Shown here: positions 25,258 to 35,167 of the stretch, piece after piece
How positions within the stretch are numbered: position 1 is the first letter of the stretch
How the letters are laid out: each line of letters opens with the position of its first letter
Origin: an uncultured Solirubrobacterales bacterium
Lineage (GTDB): Bacteria > Actinomycetota > Thermoleophilia > Solirubrobacterales > Solirubrobacteraceae
Reading direction: 5' to 3'
Assembly (NCBI GenBank): GCA_963737535.1
Contig: CAVTTU010000033.1
Coordinates: forward strand, 44,521-108,520
Length of the DNA: 64,000 bases
The notes under the pieces: model-generated
The model's input: the letters and a program-made list of their open reading frames with translations, nothing else
Database searches by the model: none
Told to the model about the DNA's origin: nothing
Program-made: the position numbers and the translations under genes

Positions 25258-25374
25258 CCGGGGGTCAGCCCCGGGACCGAGCCGGAGGTCAGCCCCGGGA
25301 GCAACCGGGGGTCAGCCCCGGGACCGAGCCGGAGGTCCGTCCTGGGAGCAGCCGGAGATCAGACCCAGGAGCGG
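25258..25374. repeat. Tandem array of 23/24-bp palindromic REP-like units (x5)
   Basis: ccgggggtcagccccgggaccgag / ccggaggtcagccccgggagcaa / ccgggggtcagccccgggaccgag / ccggaggtccgtcctgggagcag / ccggagatcagacccaggagcgg. Confidence 0.85.
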
Positions 25375-25790
25375 GGACCTGGAGGCGGTCCCATTCGCTG
25401 CTGGCTGGGGAAGCGGCCGCGGCCCCGGTGGCGGTGGCCGAAGAACCACCACATCACACCCACCCACAGCATCCAGGTGGCGATCACCCCGGTGAGGACG
25501 AACAGCACCACCGCGATCATCGCCACCGCCAGCGGGATGGCGATGGCCAGAGCCAGAGCCGGCTTGACCCATAGGGTCACCGACGAGCGCTGGCGTCGTT
25601 CGAGGCGACCGGTGGGGAGATCGAAGACGAGCGCGTCGAGCTCGCCGTACGTCCGCGCGGAAAACGCCGCGCCTAGGCGCTGCTCGAGCTCGTGGGTCAG
25701 CAGACGCCCCTCGGCAGCGGCTTCACGCAAGCGGTCGGCAATCCGCTCACGATCAGCGTCCGAAGCTCGAAGCTGTGCTCGCCTTGACAC
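25359..25790 (-). CDS. DUF1707 (SHOCT-like) domain membrane protein
   Basis: LRASDADRER...AAAEGRL...ELEQR...ARTYGELDALVFDLP plus a C-terminal hydrophobic hairpin. Confidence 0.9.
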   Translation of the reverse strand: MSRRAQLRASDADRERIADRLREAAAEGRLLTHELEQRLGAAFSARTYGELDALVFDLPTGRLERRQRSSVTLWVKPALALAIAIPLAVAMIAVVLFVLTGVIATWMLWVGVMWWFFGHRHRGRGRFPSQQRMGPPPGPRSWV

Positions 25791-25847
25791 TGACCAGCAG
25801 GCTAGCGCGTGCCCCTCCCGGCGACAAGAGCCGGAGGCCGGCGGAGG

Positions 25848-26996
25848 CTACGCGAGCACCTTCGCTTGCGCCTGGCCGGCCAGCTGGCTGGCCTGAACCG
25901 CGCTTCCCCAGGCGATCTCCGACAGGCAGCCGGGCGCGGCGACCATATCGCCGGCCAGGTAAATGCCCCCGCCGCGGTCGACGGCAGGGCGGTTCTGCCA
26001 GGAGGTGCCCGGCGGATCCAGGGCGCCGGTGCGCTTGTGCATCACCTGGCGCCGTCGCCACGTGATCCGCTCGCGCCAGTCGACGAATGCGGCGTCGAGC
26101 AGGCGCTCGAGGCGGAGCGCCGCGGCATCCGCGGTCTCCTCGGGCCGGATCGGCATCTGGGCCTGGATCAGCTCCTCGCCATCCGGCGCCAGCGACGCGT
26201 CGGCGGCGGTGTAGCGCTCGATCCACCCGGTTTCCTGGAGGTCGACGACGACGAAGGGATCGCCACGCCGGTGGCGGAGTGCGAGGTCGAGGCAGACCGC
26301 ATGCCCGCTCAGCCAGTCGAGGCCGTCGTCGCCGAGCAGGCGGCGCGCGTCGCTCAGCTCGGTGGCGATGATCACCGGCGGCTCGGGCAGCGCGTCGATT
26401 CGTGCCCCGGTCTCGATCCGCACGCCGAGCCCGAGCGCGCGCACGTGCATCCGCGCCACGATCGAGCTCCACCCGCCGATCGGGTACCGGGCGGCCGGCG
26501 GCGCGGACAGCAGGCCCCGCACCAGTGCCTCCCAGACGAACCGGGCCGATAGCTCGCCGGGGTCGTGGTAGTAGGTGAGGACGCCGGCGCTGCGGGCCAG
26601 CGCCTCGGCCGCCTCGGGGCCGACCAGGTCGGCGGCCCAGGTGCGGAAGTCGACGTCGACCGGCGCCGAGCGACCCCGGAGGCGGAGCGCCGCGACGGCC
26701 GCCCCGACGGCGGGGACGCGGCGGATCTCGTCGTGCCAGCGGAAGCGGACGCCCGACAGCGGGGGACGCGCGTACGCCGGAAGCAGGTCGCGTTCGCCCA
26801 GCCACGCCCAGAAGGGGGAGTTGGAGAGCAGCGCGTGGGGGCCCAGGTTCGCCTTGTAGGGGCCGCTCGTGCTGCGAGCGCGACCGCCGAGCTCCTCGTG
26901 CGCCTCGAGCAGCCGCACCGTGTCCCCGTGCTCGGCGGCGGAAATCGCCGCCGTGAGCCCGGCCAGCCCGCCGCCGATGATCGTGATCTCGTCCAT
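25848..26996 (-). CDS. FAD-dependent oxidoreductase (phytoene-dehydrogenase-like)
   Basis: IIGGGLAGL..A, LEA...LGGRAR, NLGPHAL and YLAGD motifs; SD GGAG upstream. Confidence 0.85.
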   Translation of the reverse strand: MDEITIIGGGLAGLTAAISAAEHGDTVRLLEAHEELGGRARSTSGPYKANLGPHALLSNSPFWAWLGERDLLPAYARPPLSGVRFRWHDEIRRVPAVGAAVAALRLRGRSAPVDVDFRTWAADLVGPEAAEALARSAGVLTYYHDPGELSARFVWEALVRGLLSAPPAARYPIGGWSSIVARMHVRALGLGVRIETGARIDALPEPPVIIATELSDARRLLGDDGLDWLSGHAVCLDLALRHRRGDPFVVVDLQETGWIERYTAADASLAPDGEELIQAQMPIRPEETADAAALRLERLLDAAFVDWRERITWRRRQVMHKRTGALDPPGTSWQNRPAVDRGGGIYLAGDMVAAPGCLSEIAWGSAVQASQLAGQAQAKVLA

Positions 26997-27040
26997 CGCA
27001 GTCTCCATTTCGTATCGCGGATGCGAGACGCTACGCGGCA

Positions 27041-27088
27041 ACTGGCTCATTGTTAAGGTCCAGTCATGCACGCTGATTCAGGGCCAGT
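27041..27088. promoter_or_regulatory. Putative MocR-type operator
   Basis: ACTGG(27041)...CCAGT(27060)...CCAGT(27084): one inverted and two direct copies in the divergent intergenic region and start of the regulator. Confidence 0.5.
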
Positions 27089-28467
27089 TTCCGGCCCAGG
27101 GCTACTGGTGAAACTCGAACGTGGGGCCGGGGCGCTCCACGAACAGCTCGAGCGCGAGCTGCGCGAGCACGTCCGCAGCGGCCGGCTGCCGCCCGGGATG
27201 CGCCTCCCCTCCTCGAGGGTTCTGGCCGCGACGCTCGGGATCTCGCGTGGGGTCGTGCTCGAGGCCTACGCCCAGCTCACGGCCGAGGGCTACCTGACCG
27301 CGTCGCAGGGGGCACCGACGCGCGTGGCCAGCACCCCAAGCAGCGAGCCGGCGCCGGTCATGGCCAGCTCGCTCGAGCCGCACTACGCCTACGATCTGCG
27401 CCCGGGAATCCCCGACCTGGCCGCGTTCCCCCGGGACCTCTGGCTGCGATCACTGCGTGCCGCCGCCACGGGTGCGCCCTTCGACGCTTTGGGGCACGGC
27501 GATCCGCGCGGGACGCCCGAGCTCCGCGACGAGCTGATGCGCTATCTGGCCCGGGTCCGGGGGGCGGCACCCGAGCCCGAGCACACGCTGATCTGTGCCG
27601 GGTTCACCCAGGGCTTCGCCATGCTCTGCCGGACCCTGCGCGATCGCGGGCTGGAGGAGATCGCGATCGAGGAGCCCGGCTGGGCCCACCATCGCCTGAT
27701 CATCGAGCGCAGCGGTCTCGAGCCGGTGCCGGTCGCCGTCGACGAGTCCGGGATCGACGTTGCCCGACTGGCCGCCAGCGGCTGCGAGGTGGTGGTCCTA
27801 ACCCCGGCCCATCAGTTTCCGACCGGAGCCGTGCTCACCTCCGAGCGGCGGACCGCGCTCCTCACCTGGGCCGAGGACCGGGATGCGCTGATCGTCGAGG
27901 ACGATTACGACTCTGAGTTTCGCTACGACCGAGTCCCGGTCGGTGCCCTCCAGGGGCTGGCGCCGGAGCGCGTCTGCCACATCGGCTCCGTGAGCAAGCG
28001 GCTGGCGCCGGGCCTGCGCCTGGGCTGGGCTCTGTGCCCCTCGTGGCTGACCGGGGCCCTGACCTACGAGAAGGCGGTCGCCGATGGCGGGTCGCCCGTC
28101 CTCGAACAGCTCGCCCTGGCCGATCTGATCGCCCGGGGCGAGCTCGACCGCCATCTTCGCCGGACGCGCCTGGAATACGCCCACCGCCGCGATGTCCTGG
28201 TGGCCACGCTGGCCGAGGTGCTCCCCGAGGCTCGGGTGACCGGGACGCCCGCCGGCCTGCACCTGCTCGCGCTGCTGCCCGATGGGCTCGACGAGGACGC
28301 CGTGCTGAGCGCGGCCGGACGGCGCGGCGTGGGTCTGGAGGGACTGGGCTGGCACGGGGCGACCGGCCGCCCGGCCGGCGGGGCTGGTGCTCGGGTTCGC
28401 CAATCTGCCCGACGTGGGGCTCCGCCGTGCGATCGAGCTGGTGGCGCAGGCGATCGCGACCATCTGA
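27066..28467 (+). CDS. MocR/GabR/PdxR family GntR-aminotransferase regulator; apparent frameshift at ~28370
   Basis: wHTH LPSSRVLA.TLGISRG.V.EAY.QL; TPAHQFPTG, EDDYDSEFRY and GSVSK(PLP Lys) motifs; ends GLVLGFANL...ATI* at 28467. Confidence 0.9.
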
Positions 28468-28474
28468 GGACATT

Positions 28475-28510
28475 TATGCCTCGACAGGCATATAACCGAT
28501 CAGGTATATA
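28475..28510. promoter_or_regulatory. Tandem palindromic operator upstream of the ArsR gene
   Basis: TATGCCT-cgac-AGGCATA directly followed by TATAACC-gatc-AGGTATA; AT-rich island in 70% GC DNA. Confidence 0.65.
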
Positions 28511-28520
28511 TATAGGTCAG

Positions 28521-28850
28521 ATGCCGTCGACATGGACCGCCCTATCCGATCCCCACCGGCGCGAGATGGTCGCCCTGCTGCGCGAACGGCCGCGGCCCGT
28601 CGGTGAGCTGGTCAACATCATCGGGCTCAGCCAGCCGGGCACCTCGAAGCACCTGCGCGTGCTGCGTGATGCCGGTCTCGTCGTCGCGCACACCAAGGCC
28701 CAGCGCCGGGTCTACGCCCTCAACGCCCAGCCGTTGGCCGAGCTCGACGCCTGGCTCGAGCCCTACCGGCAGCTGTGGGAGGGCCGGCTCGATGCGCTCG
28801 AGCGGCGTCTGGAGCACAAGTTCCGCACCCCGACAGAGGAGGCCCCATGA
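28521..28850 (+). CDS. ArsR/SmtB family HTH regulator
   Basis: ALSDPHRREMV.LL, SQPGTSKHLRVLRDAGLV and QRRVY.L motifs. Confidence 0.9.
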   Translation: MPSTWTALSDPHRREMVALLRERPRPVGELVNIIGLSQPGTSKHLRVLRDAGLVVAHTKAQRRVYALNAQPLAELDAWLEPYRQLWEGRLDALERRLEHKFRTPTEEAP

Positions 28851-29378
28851 GCATTCACGCGACCTACACCGCCGTCGGCGATCGTCCCACGCTCTCCTTC
28901 GAACGGCGGCTCGCGTACCCGGTGGCCGCCGTCTGGGAGGCGATCACCGAGCCCGAGGAGCTCGTCCACTGGTTCCCGTGCGAGGTCGAGGTCGACTGCG
29001 CCCCGGCGGCCCCATGAGCTTCACCTTCACTGAGATGCCCCTCGAGGACGGCCCGATGACGCTGACCGGAGAGGTCACCGAGCTGGAACCGCCGCACCGC
29101 TTCGCGTTCCTGTGGGGCGATGACCACCTGCACTTCCAGCTCGAGGAGACCGACGGCGGCGCGGGGTGCCTGATGCGCTTCAGCGTCGAGCTCGACAGCC
29201 GCGACAAGGCCGCGCGTGACGGTGCCGGCTGGCATCAGTGCCTCGATGCCCTGGCGCGGCAGCTCGCCGGTGCCGGGCGGGCCTCCCCGACGACTCCGAC
29301 GCGTGGCGGGGCTACTACCAGGAGTACGAACGCCGCGGTTTCCCCACGGGCGCCGCGCTGCCCACCGACGACATGTGA
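28847..29378 (+). CDS. SRPBCC/AHSA1 domain protein; apparent frameshifts at ~28996 and ~29275
   Basis: FERRLAYPVAAVWEAITEPEELVHWFP...GEVTELEPPHRFAF.W...AGWHQCLDAL; ATGA overlap with ArsR. Confidence 0.8.
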
Positions 29379-29434
29379 GAATCGAGGGGCTCGCGGAACG
29401 GTCGCTGTGATCATCTGAAACACTCCCGCCGGCC

Positions 29435-29878
29435 ATGAGCATCAACACCCAAGCGATCGGCAAGACCTTCGACCCGGTCACCTACGCCGTGGGTCGCGAG
29501 AAGATCCGCGAATACGCCGCCGCCGTGGGCGAGACCAACCCGCTCTACAGCGACGTCGAGGCGGCGCGGGCGGCCGGCCACGCCGACGTTGTCGCGCCAC
29601 CGATGTTCGCGGTCGTCTACGCCGGGCGTTCCGTGATCCCCGCCCTGTTCGACCCCGAGGTCGGCATGAACTTCGCCATGATGGTCCACGGCGCCCAGGA
29701 GTTCCGCTGGGGGCCGCTGGTCGTCGCCGGCGACGAGATCACGACCACCGCCACCGTGAAGGACATCTCGGAGCGGGGGCCGATGACGTTCTTCGTGTTC
29801 GAGTCGGTGTCCAAGAACCAGCGCGGCGAGACCGTCTGCACCGGCACGTGGACCAACATCGTCAGGGGTGGATCATGA
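29435..29878 (+). CDS. MaoC-like hot-dog dehydratase subunit (HadA-like)
   Basis: VGREKIREYA.AVG, APPMF and VHGAQEF motifs. Confidence 0.85.
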   Translation: MSINTQAIGKTFDPVTYAVGREKIREYAAAVGETNPLYSDVEAARAAGHADVVAPPMFAVVYAGRSVIPALFDPEVGMNFAMMVHGAQEFRWGPLVVAGDEITTTATVKDISERGPMTFFVFESVSKNQRGETVCTGTWTNIVRGGS

Positions 29879-30262
29879 GTTTGGGACAGGGTGACACGAT
29901 CGAGCTCAAGGTCACGCCCGACCCATACCTCACCGTGCGCTACGCCGGCGCCTCGGGTGACTTCAACCCGATCCACATCGACGAGGCGTTCGCCAAGCAG
30001 GTCGGCCTGCCCGGGCGCATCCTCCACGGCCTGTGGACGATGGCCCAAGTGGCCCGCGCCCACACCGACGCCGCCGGCGGCCCCGACAAGCTCGCGCAGC
30101 TGAGCGTCCAGTTCCGCGGGATGGGCAGGCTGGGCGAGGAGATCACCGTGGCCGGCACGTGTGCGCGAGGTCGATGGCGACACCGCGATCATCGATTCCG
30201 AGGCCGAGCAGGACGGCCAGCGGATCATCCGCAACGCGGTGGCGCGGGTGCGGGTCGACTGA
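29875..30262 (+). CDS. MaoC-like dehydratase catalytic subunit (HadB-like); apparent frameshift at ~30160
   Basis: YAGASGDFNPIH.D..FA...GL...ILHG hydratase motif. Confidence 0.85.
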
Positions 30263-30293
30263 GATCAGTGCGGAGCCGCGTCTGTGGCTTGGC

Positions 30294-30514
30294 GGTTGCT
30301 GGGGAGGGGGTCGTGGGTTGCACTTACGGCTGCGAACGCCTTCGGAACCGCGATAACGTCGCGTGGCACCCTGGCGCGGCGGCGCCATGCAACATTTCGT
30401 CAAATAGAGAGACAGCGGTTTCGTTGCGTATCGCTGGCCCGCAAGACCGCCAGGCAACGAAATCGTCGCTGGAGAGCCCGCGGCCGCGGTACACCCACTC
30501 CTTCCCCAGCAACC
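30294..30514 (+). repeat. Long nested-palindrome intergenic element, copy A
   Basis: Outer arms GGTTGCTGGGGA(30294-305)/TCCCCAGCAACC(30503-514); core 30341-30473 aligns with 44700-44829. Confidence 0.75.
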
Positions 30515-30553
30515 CGGGCTGCAACAGCTAACCCCCGACCTACAATCAACACC

Positions 30554-31564
30554 GTGCTAACCGAACGCCAAGAGCTGGTCCTGCGCAAGGTCGTCGAGGG
30601 GTACCTCGCCGCCGGTTCGCCCGTGGGCTCGAAGGCGCTGGCGGTCGACTTCCAATGGGGACCGTCGACGATCCGGCACGAGCTGGCCAACCTCGAGGAG
30701 CGCGGGCTGCTGGCCCATCCGCACACGTCGGCCGGCCGGATCCCGACCGAGGCGGGCTACCGCTATTTCGTCGACCGCCTGCTCCCCACCGATGATCCGG
30801 GGCCGCCCCTCTCGCTCCAGCTGATGCGGCGCGAGCTCGACGAGGCGATGCGGGTGACCAGCGAGGCGCTCTCGCAGGTCACCAGCCTGCTGGCGATCGT
30901 CACCGCGCCACCGATCGAGACCTCGACGATCCGTCACGTCGAGGTCCTGGTGCTCCAGCCCCAGGTGATGATGGTCGTGGTGATCACCTCCACCGGCGGC
31001 GTGACCAAGCGGCTGTTCACCTTCCAGCGGCCGGTCGATCCAGGGCTGGCCGACTGGGCGGCGAGCTACTTCAACGAGCGCCTCGTGGGGCTCGGGCTGG
31101 GCGCGCGAATGCTCCACGGGAGGCTCCACGATCCATCGCTCAGCACGACCGAGGCCGCGTTCATCGATGCCCTGTCGCCGGTGTTCACCGAGCTCGAGGA
31201 CTCGGCCCACGACAACCTGTACGTCGAGGGAACGGCCCGGCTGCTCAGCGTCGAGCGGGTCGGGGACGTGCTCGACCTCAACGCGCTGGTCGACATGCTC
31301 GAGCGGCGCGTGACGCTGCTCGGCGTGCTGCGCGAGGCGCTGACCGAGCGCGACGTGCTCGTGCGGATCGGGACCGAGAACGACGCCCCCGCACTGCGCT
31401 CGCTGGCCGTGGTGGCCGCGAGCTACGGCCTGCCCCAGCGCAACCTCGGCGCCGTCTCGGTGATCGGCCCGCTGCGGATGGATTACGGTCGGGCAATCCG
31501 CTCGGTTCGTGAGGCGGCGCATCAGCTCTCGACCTACATCACCGACGTATATGACGAGCGCTGA
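30554..31564 (+). CDS. hrcA: Heat-inducible transcription repressor HrcA
   Basis: [32 protein letters not shown] and VIGP.RMDY motifs; TACAAT 7 nt before the GTG. Confidence 0.95.
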   Translation: MLTERQELVLRKVVEGYLAAGSPVGSKALAVDFQWGPSTIRHELANLEERGLLAHPHTSAGRIPTEAGYRYFVDRLLPTDDPGPPLSLQLMRRELDEAMRVTSEALSQVTSLLAIVTAPPIETSTIRHVEVLVLQPQVMMVVVITSTGGVTKRLFTFQRPVDPGLADWAASYFNERLVGLGLGARMLHGRLHDPSLSTTEAAFIDALSPVFTELEDSAHDNLYVEGTARLLSVERVGDVLDLNALVDMLERRVTLLGVLREALTERDVLVRIGTENDAPALRSLAVVAASYGLPQRNLGAVSVIGPLRMDYGRAIRSVREAAHQLSTYITDVYDER

Positions 31565-32706
31565 TGGCTTCTAGGAACATTCCCCGCGACTACTACGAGG
31601 TGCTGGGCGTCTCCCGGGGCGCCAGCGACGCCGAGATCAAGAAGGCGTTCCGCCGGCTCGCCCGTGAGCTGCACCCCGACGTCAACAGCCACGACCCCGA
31701 CGCCGAGGAGAAGTTCAAGGAGGCCGCGGAGGCTTATGAGGTCCTTTCGGACAGCGACCGGCGTGCCACCTATGACCGCTACGGGCACGAGGGCCTGCGC
31801 ACCGGCGGCTACGCTCCCAACTTCGAGGGCTTCGGCTCGGTGTCGGACATCTTCGAGGCGTTCTTCGGCTCGGGCGCGTTCGGGAGCGCCTTCGGGGGCC
31901 AGCGCGCGGGCGGCGCGGTGCAGGGGGGAGATGTGGCCGTGACCGCCGAGATCGACCTGGCGCAGGCGGCGCACGGCAGCTCTGTCGAGTTGTCCTTCGA
32001 GGCCATCACCGTGTGCGAGCACTGCCGGGGCAACGGTGCCGAGCCGGGGACACCGATCGAGACCTGCACGCGGTGCGAGGGAACCGGACAGCTGCGCGCG
32101 ATCTCCCGCACCCCGTTCGGCCAGGTCGTCCGCGCCACGACGTGTGATGTCTGCAATGGCGACGGCCGCGTGGCCCGCGACCCGTGCAAGACCTGCAGCG
32201 GTCGCGGGCGCATGGTCGAGCGCTCGACGCTCGCCGTCGACGTCCCGGCCGGCATCTCCGACGGGCAGCGGATCCGCATCGGCGGCCGTGGCCACGCCGG
32301 CGAGCGGGGAGGGCCCCCGGGCGATCTGTACGTGCTCATCCACGTACGCGAGGACCCGCGGTTCGTCCGCGATGGCAACGATCTGGTCACCGCGGTCGAT
32401 GTCTCGGCCCCACTGGCCGCGCTCGGCACGACGGTCGAGGTGCCCACCGTGGACGGCCCGGTCGACCTCGAGATACCCGCCGGCACTCAGCCCCACGAGA
32501 CGCTGACCGTGCGCGGTCGCGGCATGCCGGCACTGCGCGGGCGCCGCACCGGCGATCTGCGCGTGGTCGTCAACGTGATCGTTCCCCGCAACCTGAACCG
32601 CGAGCAGAAGCAGCTCCTCGAGGATCTGGCGGGGTCGCTCACCGATCACCACCTCCGCTCCGAAGAGGGCGTGTTCGGCAAGATCCGCCGCGCCTTCGGA
32701 GTCTGA
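31564..32706 (+). CDS. dnaJ: Chaperone DnaJ
   Basis: [13 protein letters not shown] region, four CxxCxGxG repeats. Confidence 0.97.
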   Translation: MASRNIPRDYYEVLGVSRGASDAEIKKAFRRLARELHPDVNSHDPDAEEKFKEAAEAYEVLSDSDRRATYDRYGHEGLRTGGYAPNFEGFGSVSDIFEAFFGSGAFGSAFGGQRAGGAVQGGDVAVTAEIDLAQAAHGSSVELSFEAITVCEHCRGNGAEPGTPIETCTRCEGTGQLRAISRTPFGQVVRATTCDVCNGDGRVARDPCKTCSGRGRMVERSTLAVDVPAGISDGQRIRIGGRGHAGERGGPPGDLYVLIHVREDPRFVRDGNDLVTAVDVSAPLAALGTTVEVPTVDGPVDLEIPAGTQPHETLTVRGRGMPALRGRRTGDLRVVVNVIVPRNLNREQKQLLEDLAGSLTDHHLRSEEGVFGKIRRAFGV

Positions 32707-32718
32707 CCGCCCGTCCGG

Positions 32719-33531
32719 GTGCTCCGCCTCGCCGTCCGCGTGCAGCGCGAGCACGCGGAGCTCGTGCTCGCCGAGCTCCTCGAACTGGCGCCGAGTGGCG
32801 TCGAGGAGGTTGCCATCGGCGACGACGTGGTCGAGTACGCGGTGTACGGAGCGCCGGGGGAGCTACCGGCGCTGCCCGACCTGCGGGCGGCGGCCGGCCC
32901 CGCCCTGGTCGACGTGACCACCGCCGAGATCGCCGATGACTTCTCGGAGAGCTGGCGCGAGTTCCATCGCCCCCTCGTGCTGGGGGACCGACTGGTCGTG
33001 CGTCCGCCCTGGGAGGCGCCTCCTCGTAGCACAAATTCGATCGATTTAGTGATTGAGCCCGGCCAGGCATTTGGCACCGGTGCCCACGCCACCACCCGGT
33101 TGTGCCTCGAGCTGCTGCTCGAGCTGCCGCCGAGCCGCTCGTTCCTCGACGTGGGCTGCGGTTCCGGCGTGCTGGCCATCGCGGCGGCCAGGCTCGGCTG
33201 GGCGTCGGTGGTGGCTGTGGACAACGATCCGGCCAGTCTCGAGGCCACAGCGGTCAACGCCGAGATGAACGGCGTCGAGGTGGCGGTGCAGCGGATCGAC
33301 CTCCGCACCGACCCGCTCCCGTGGGCCGACACCGTCGCGGCCAACCTGCTGGGCCCGCTCCTGCGCAGCCACGCGGCCAGTCTGGCCGCGGCCCCCCAGC
33401 GGCTCATCGCCTCCGGTCTGCTCGTGCAGGAGTGCGACAGCGTGGCCCGTGCGTTCGCGGCCAGCGGCCTTCAGCCACGCCGCCGGCTGACCCGAGGCGA
33501 GTGGGCGGCGCTGCTGCTCGACCGCCGCTGA
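32719..33531 (+). CDS. prmA: Ribosomal protein L11 methyltransferase
   Basis: IEPGQAFGTGAHATT and LDVGCGSGVLAI motifs. Confidence 0.92.
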   Translation: MLRLAVRVQREHAELVLAELLELAPSGVEEVAIGDDVVEYAVYGAPGELPALPDLRAAAGPALVDVTTAEIADDFSESWREFHRPLVLGDRLVVRPPWEAPPRSTNSIDLVIEPGQAFGTGAHATTRLCLELLLELPPSRSFLDVGCGSGVLAIAAARLGWASVVAVDNDPASLEATAVNAEMNGVEVAVQRIDLRTDPLPWADTVAANLLGPLLRSHAASLAAAPQRLIASGLLVQECDSVARAFAASGLQPRRRLTRGEWAALLLDRR

Positions 33532-33653
33532 GCGTGCGCGTGGACAAACGCTCGAGGCGGATCTTGGCCACCGGGCCGATGTCACGAGCCCGGGCGCCCG
33601 GGATGCTTCCCGCGGACGCTGTCATCCAGGAGGCATCCAAGGAGGTGAACAAG

Positions 33654-33866
33654 TTGCAAGGCCCGCTCGCGATAGGCGTGACTCTCGGTGGCCTGCTCCT
33701 CGACGTCATCGCGCCGCGGCCCAAGCCGCGGACCGGACTTGCGCCGGAACCCTCTCTCACTCGCCGGCGCGCTGATCCGAGGACACCGTGGTCGACGACG
33801 ACGGTCGAGGAGCACGAAAGTCTGCCCGTCGTGAGCGGGGTCCGGGCGCGGACGCACGTGGGCTGA
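33654..33866 (+). CDS. Putative 70-aa small protein
   Basis: Strong SD AAGGAGGTG 6 nt before TTG; MQGPLAIGVTLGGLLLDVIAPRPKP... Confidence 0.5.
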   Translation: MQGPLAIGVTLGGLLLDVIAPRPKPRTGLAPEPSLTRRRADPRTPWSTTTVEEHESLPVVSGVRARTHVG

Positions 33867-33883
33867 GCGGTACCGTCCAGGCG

Positions 33884-35167
33884 GTGAGCACATTCGCCGT
33901 CAAGTTCCTCGGCTGCAAGGTCTCCCAGGCCGATGCGATGCTGGCCCGCAGCGCGCTCCTCGCCGGGGGCCATGAGGAGGTGCCCGAGCGCGAGGCCGAC
34001 CTGCACGTCATCAACACGTGCTGCATAACCAGTGAGGCGCAGGCCAAGTCGCGGCAGTCGGTCAGGCGCTCGCTGAAGGCCGCCTCCGCGGTCTACGTGT
34101 CGGGCTGTGCGGTCAACCTTGACGCGGGCGAGTTCGCCGCCATCGACCCCGCCGTACGCGCGGTGCCTGGCCGGGCCGAGGATGTGGCGGTCGAGATAGC
34201 CGGGCAGGTCGGGTCGTGTGCCGATCTTGACAGCGACGTGATCGCGCGCCAGCGGGTGGAGCAGGCGTCACGAACGCGCGGGTTCGTCAAGGTCCAGGAC
34301 GGCTGTGACTGCCACTGCGCCTACTGCATCATCCCCACGGTGAGGGGTCCGGCGCGCTCGCGGCCGGCCAGCGCGATTCTCGACGAGGCCCGCCGCCGGG
34401 TGGCCCAGGGCCAGCCCGAGATGGTGATGACCGGGATCTCCGTGGGCGACTATCGGGATCCAGAGCAGGGCCTCGAGCTCGGAGAGCTGATGGTCGAGGT
34501 CGCGCGGGTGCCCGGCGTCGAGCGCGTGCGGCTGTCGAGCGTCGAGGTCATCCACGTCAAGGACTCGCTGATCCACGCCCTGGCCACCGAGCCGAAGGTG
34601 TGCCCGCACCTCCATGTGCCCATGCAGTCGGGGGATGATGGGGTGCTGCGTGACATGGGCCGGCACTACACGGCGCACGAGTACGTCGCCCACCTCGACG
34701 CGCTTCGCCGGGCCGTGCCCCAGGTGAACATCACCACCGATGTGATCGTCGGCTTTCCCACCGAGAGCGAGGCCGGGTTCGATCGCACGCTCGAGGTGCT
34801 CGATGCGGCGGCCATCACCCGCGTCCACACCTTCTCCTACTCGCCACGGCCGGGAACCGTCGCCGCGACGCTCGGCGATCGCGTGAGCCCGCAGGAGAAG
34901 AAGCGGCGCTCCGCGGTGTTGCGCGGGCGCTCGGAGGCCCGCTCCCGCCTCCACTGCGCGGCCAAGCTGGGCACGACCGAGTCCGTGCTCGTCGACAAGG
35001 TCGCCGACAGCCAGTCGTCGGGCTACACGACCGACTACACCCGCGCCTACCTTCCCGCCGGCGTGGCGGGCCGCGGCGAGGTGGTCGGGGTCGTCTGCGA
35101 GGAGCTCCGCGCGGACGGGATCAGCTGCCGAATTCCGGGCCCGGCGGGGCTATCCTCAAAGGCGTGA
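33884..35167 (+). CDS. mtaB: tRNA methylthiotransferase (MtaB/MiaB family radical SAM)
   Basis: FLGCKVSQ, INTCC, KVQDGCDCHCAYC, RVRLSS, TTDVIVGFP and HTFSYSPRPGT motifs; in the dnaJ-prmA neighbourhood. Confidence 0.88.
   Translation: MSTFAVKFLGCKVSQADAMLARSALLAGGHEEVPEREADLHVINTCCITSEAQAKSRQSVRRSLKAASAVYVSGCAVNLDAGEFAAIDPAVRAVPGRAEDVAVEIAGQVGSCADLDSDVIARQRVEQASRTRGFVKVQDGCDCHCAYCIIPTVRGPARSRPASAILDEARRRVAQGQPEMVMTGISVGDYRDPEQGLELGELMVEVARVPGVERVRLSSVEVIHVKDSLIHALATEPKVCPHLHVPMQSGDDGVLRDMGRHYTAHEYVAHLDALRRAVPQVNITTDVIVGFPTESEAGFDRTLEVLDAAAITRVHTFSYSPRPGTVAATLGDRVSPQEKKRRSAVLRGRSEARSRLHCAAKLGTTESVLVDKVADSQSSGYTTDYTRAYLPAGVAGRGEVVGVVCEELRADGISCRIPGPAGLSSKA

Noticed and set aside
25258-25374. 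Possible mini CRISPR array
   Set aside because: No unique spacers and no cas genes; the units are contiguous.
27066-28850. Apparent MocR-ArsR fusion (594 aa)
   Set aside because: The MocR C-terminus GLVLGFANL...* ends at 28467 in another frame, and the ORF reads through an operator region.
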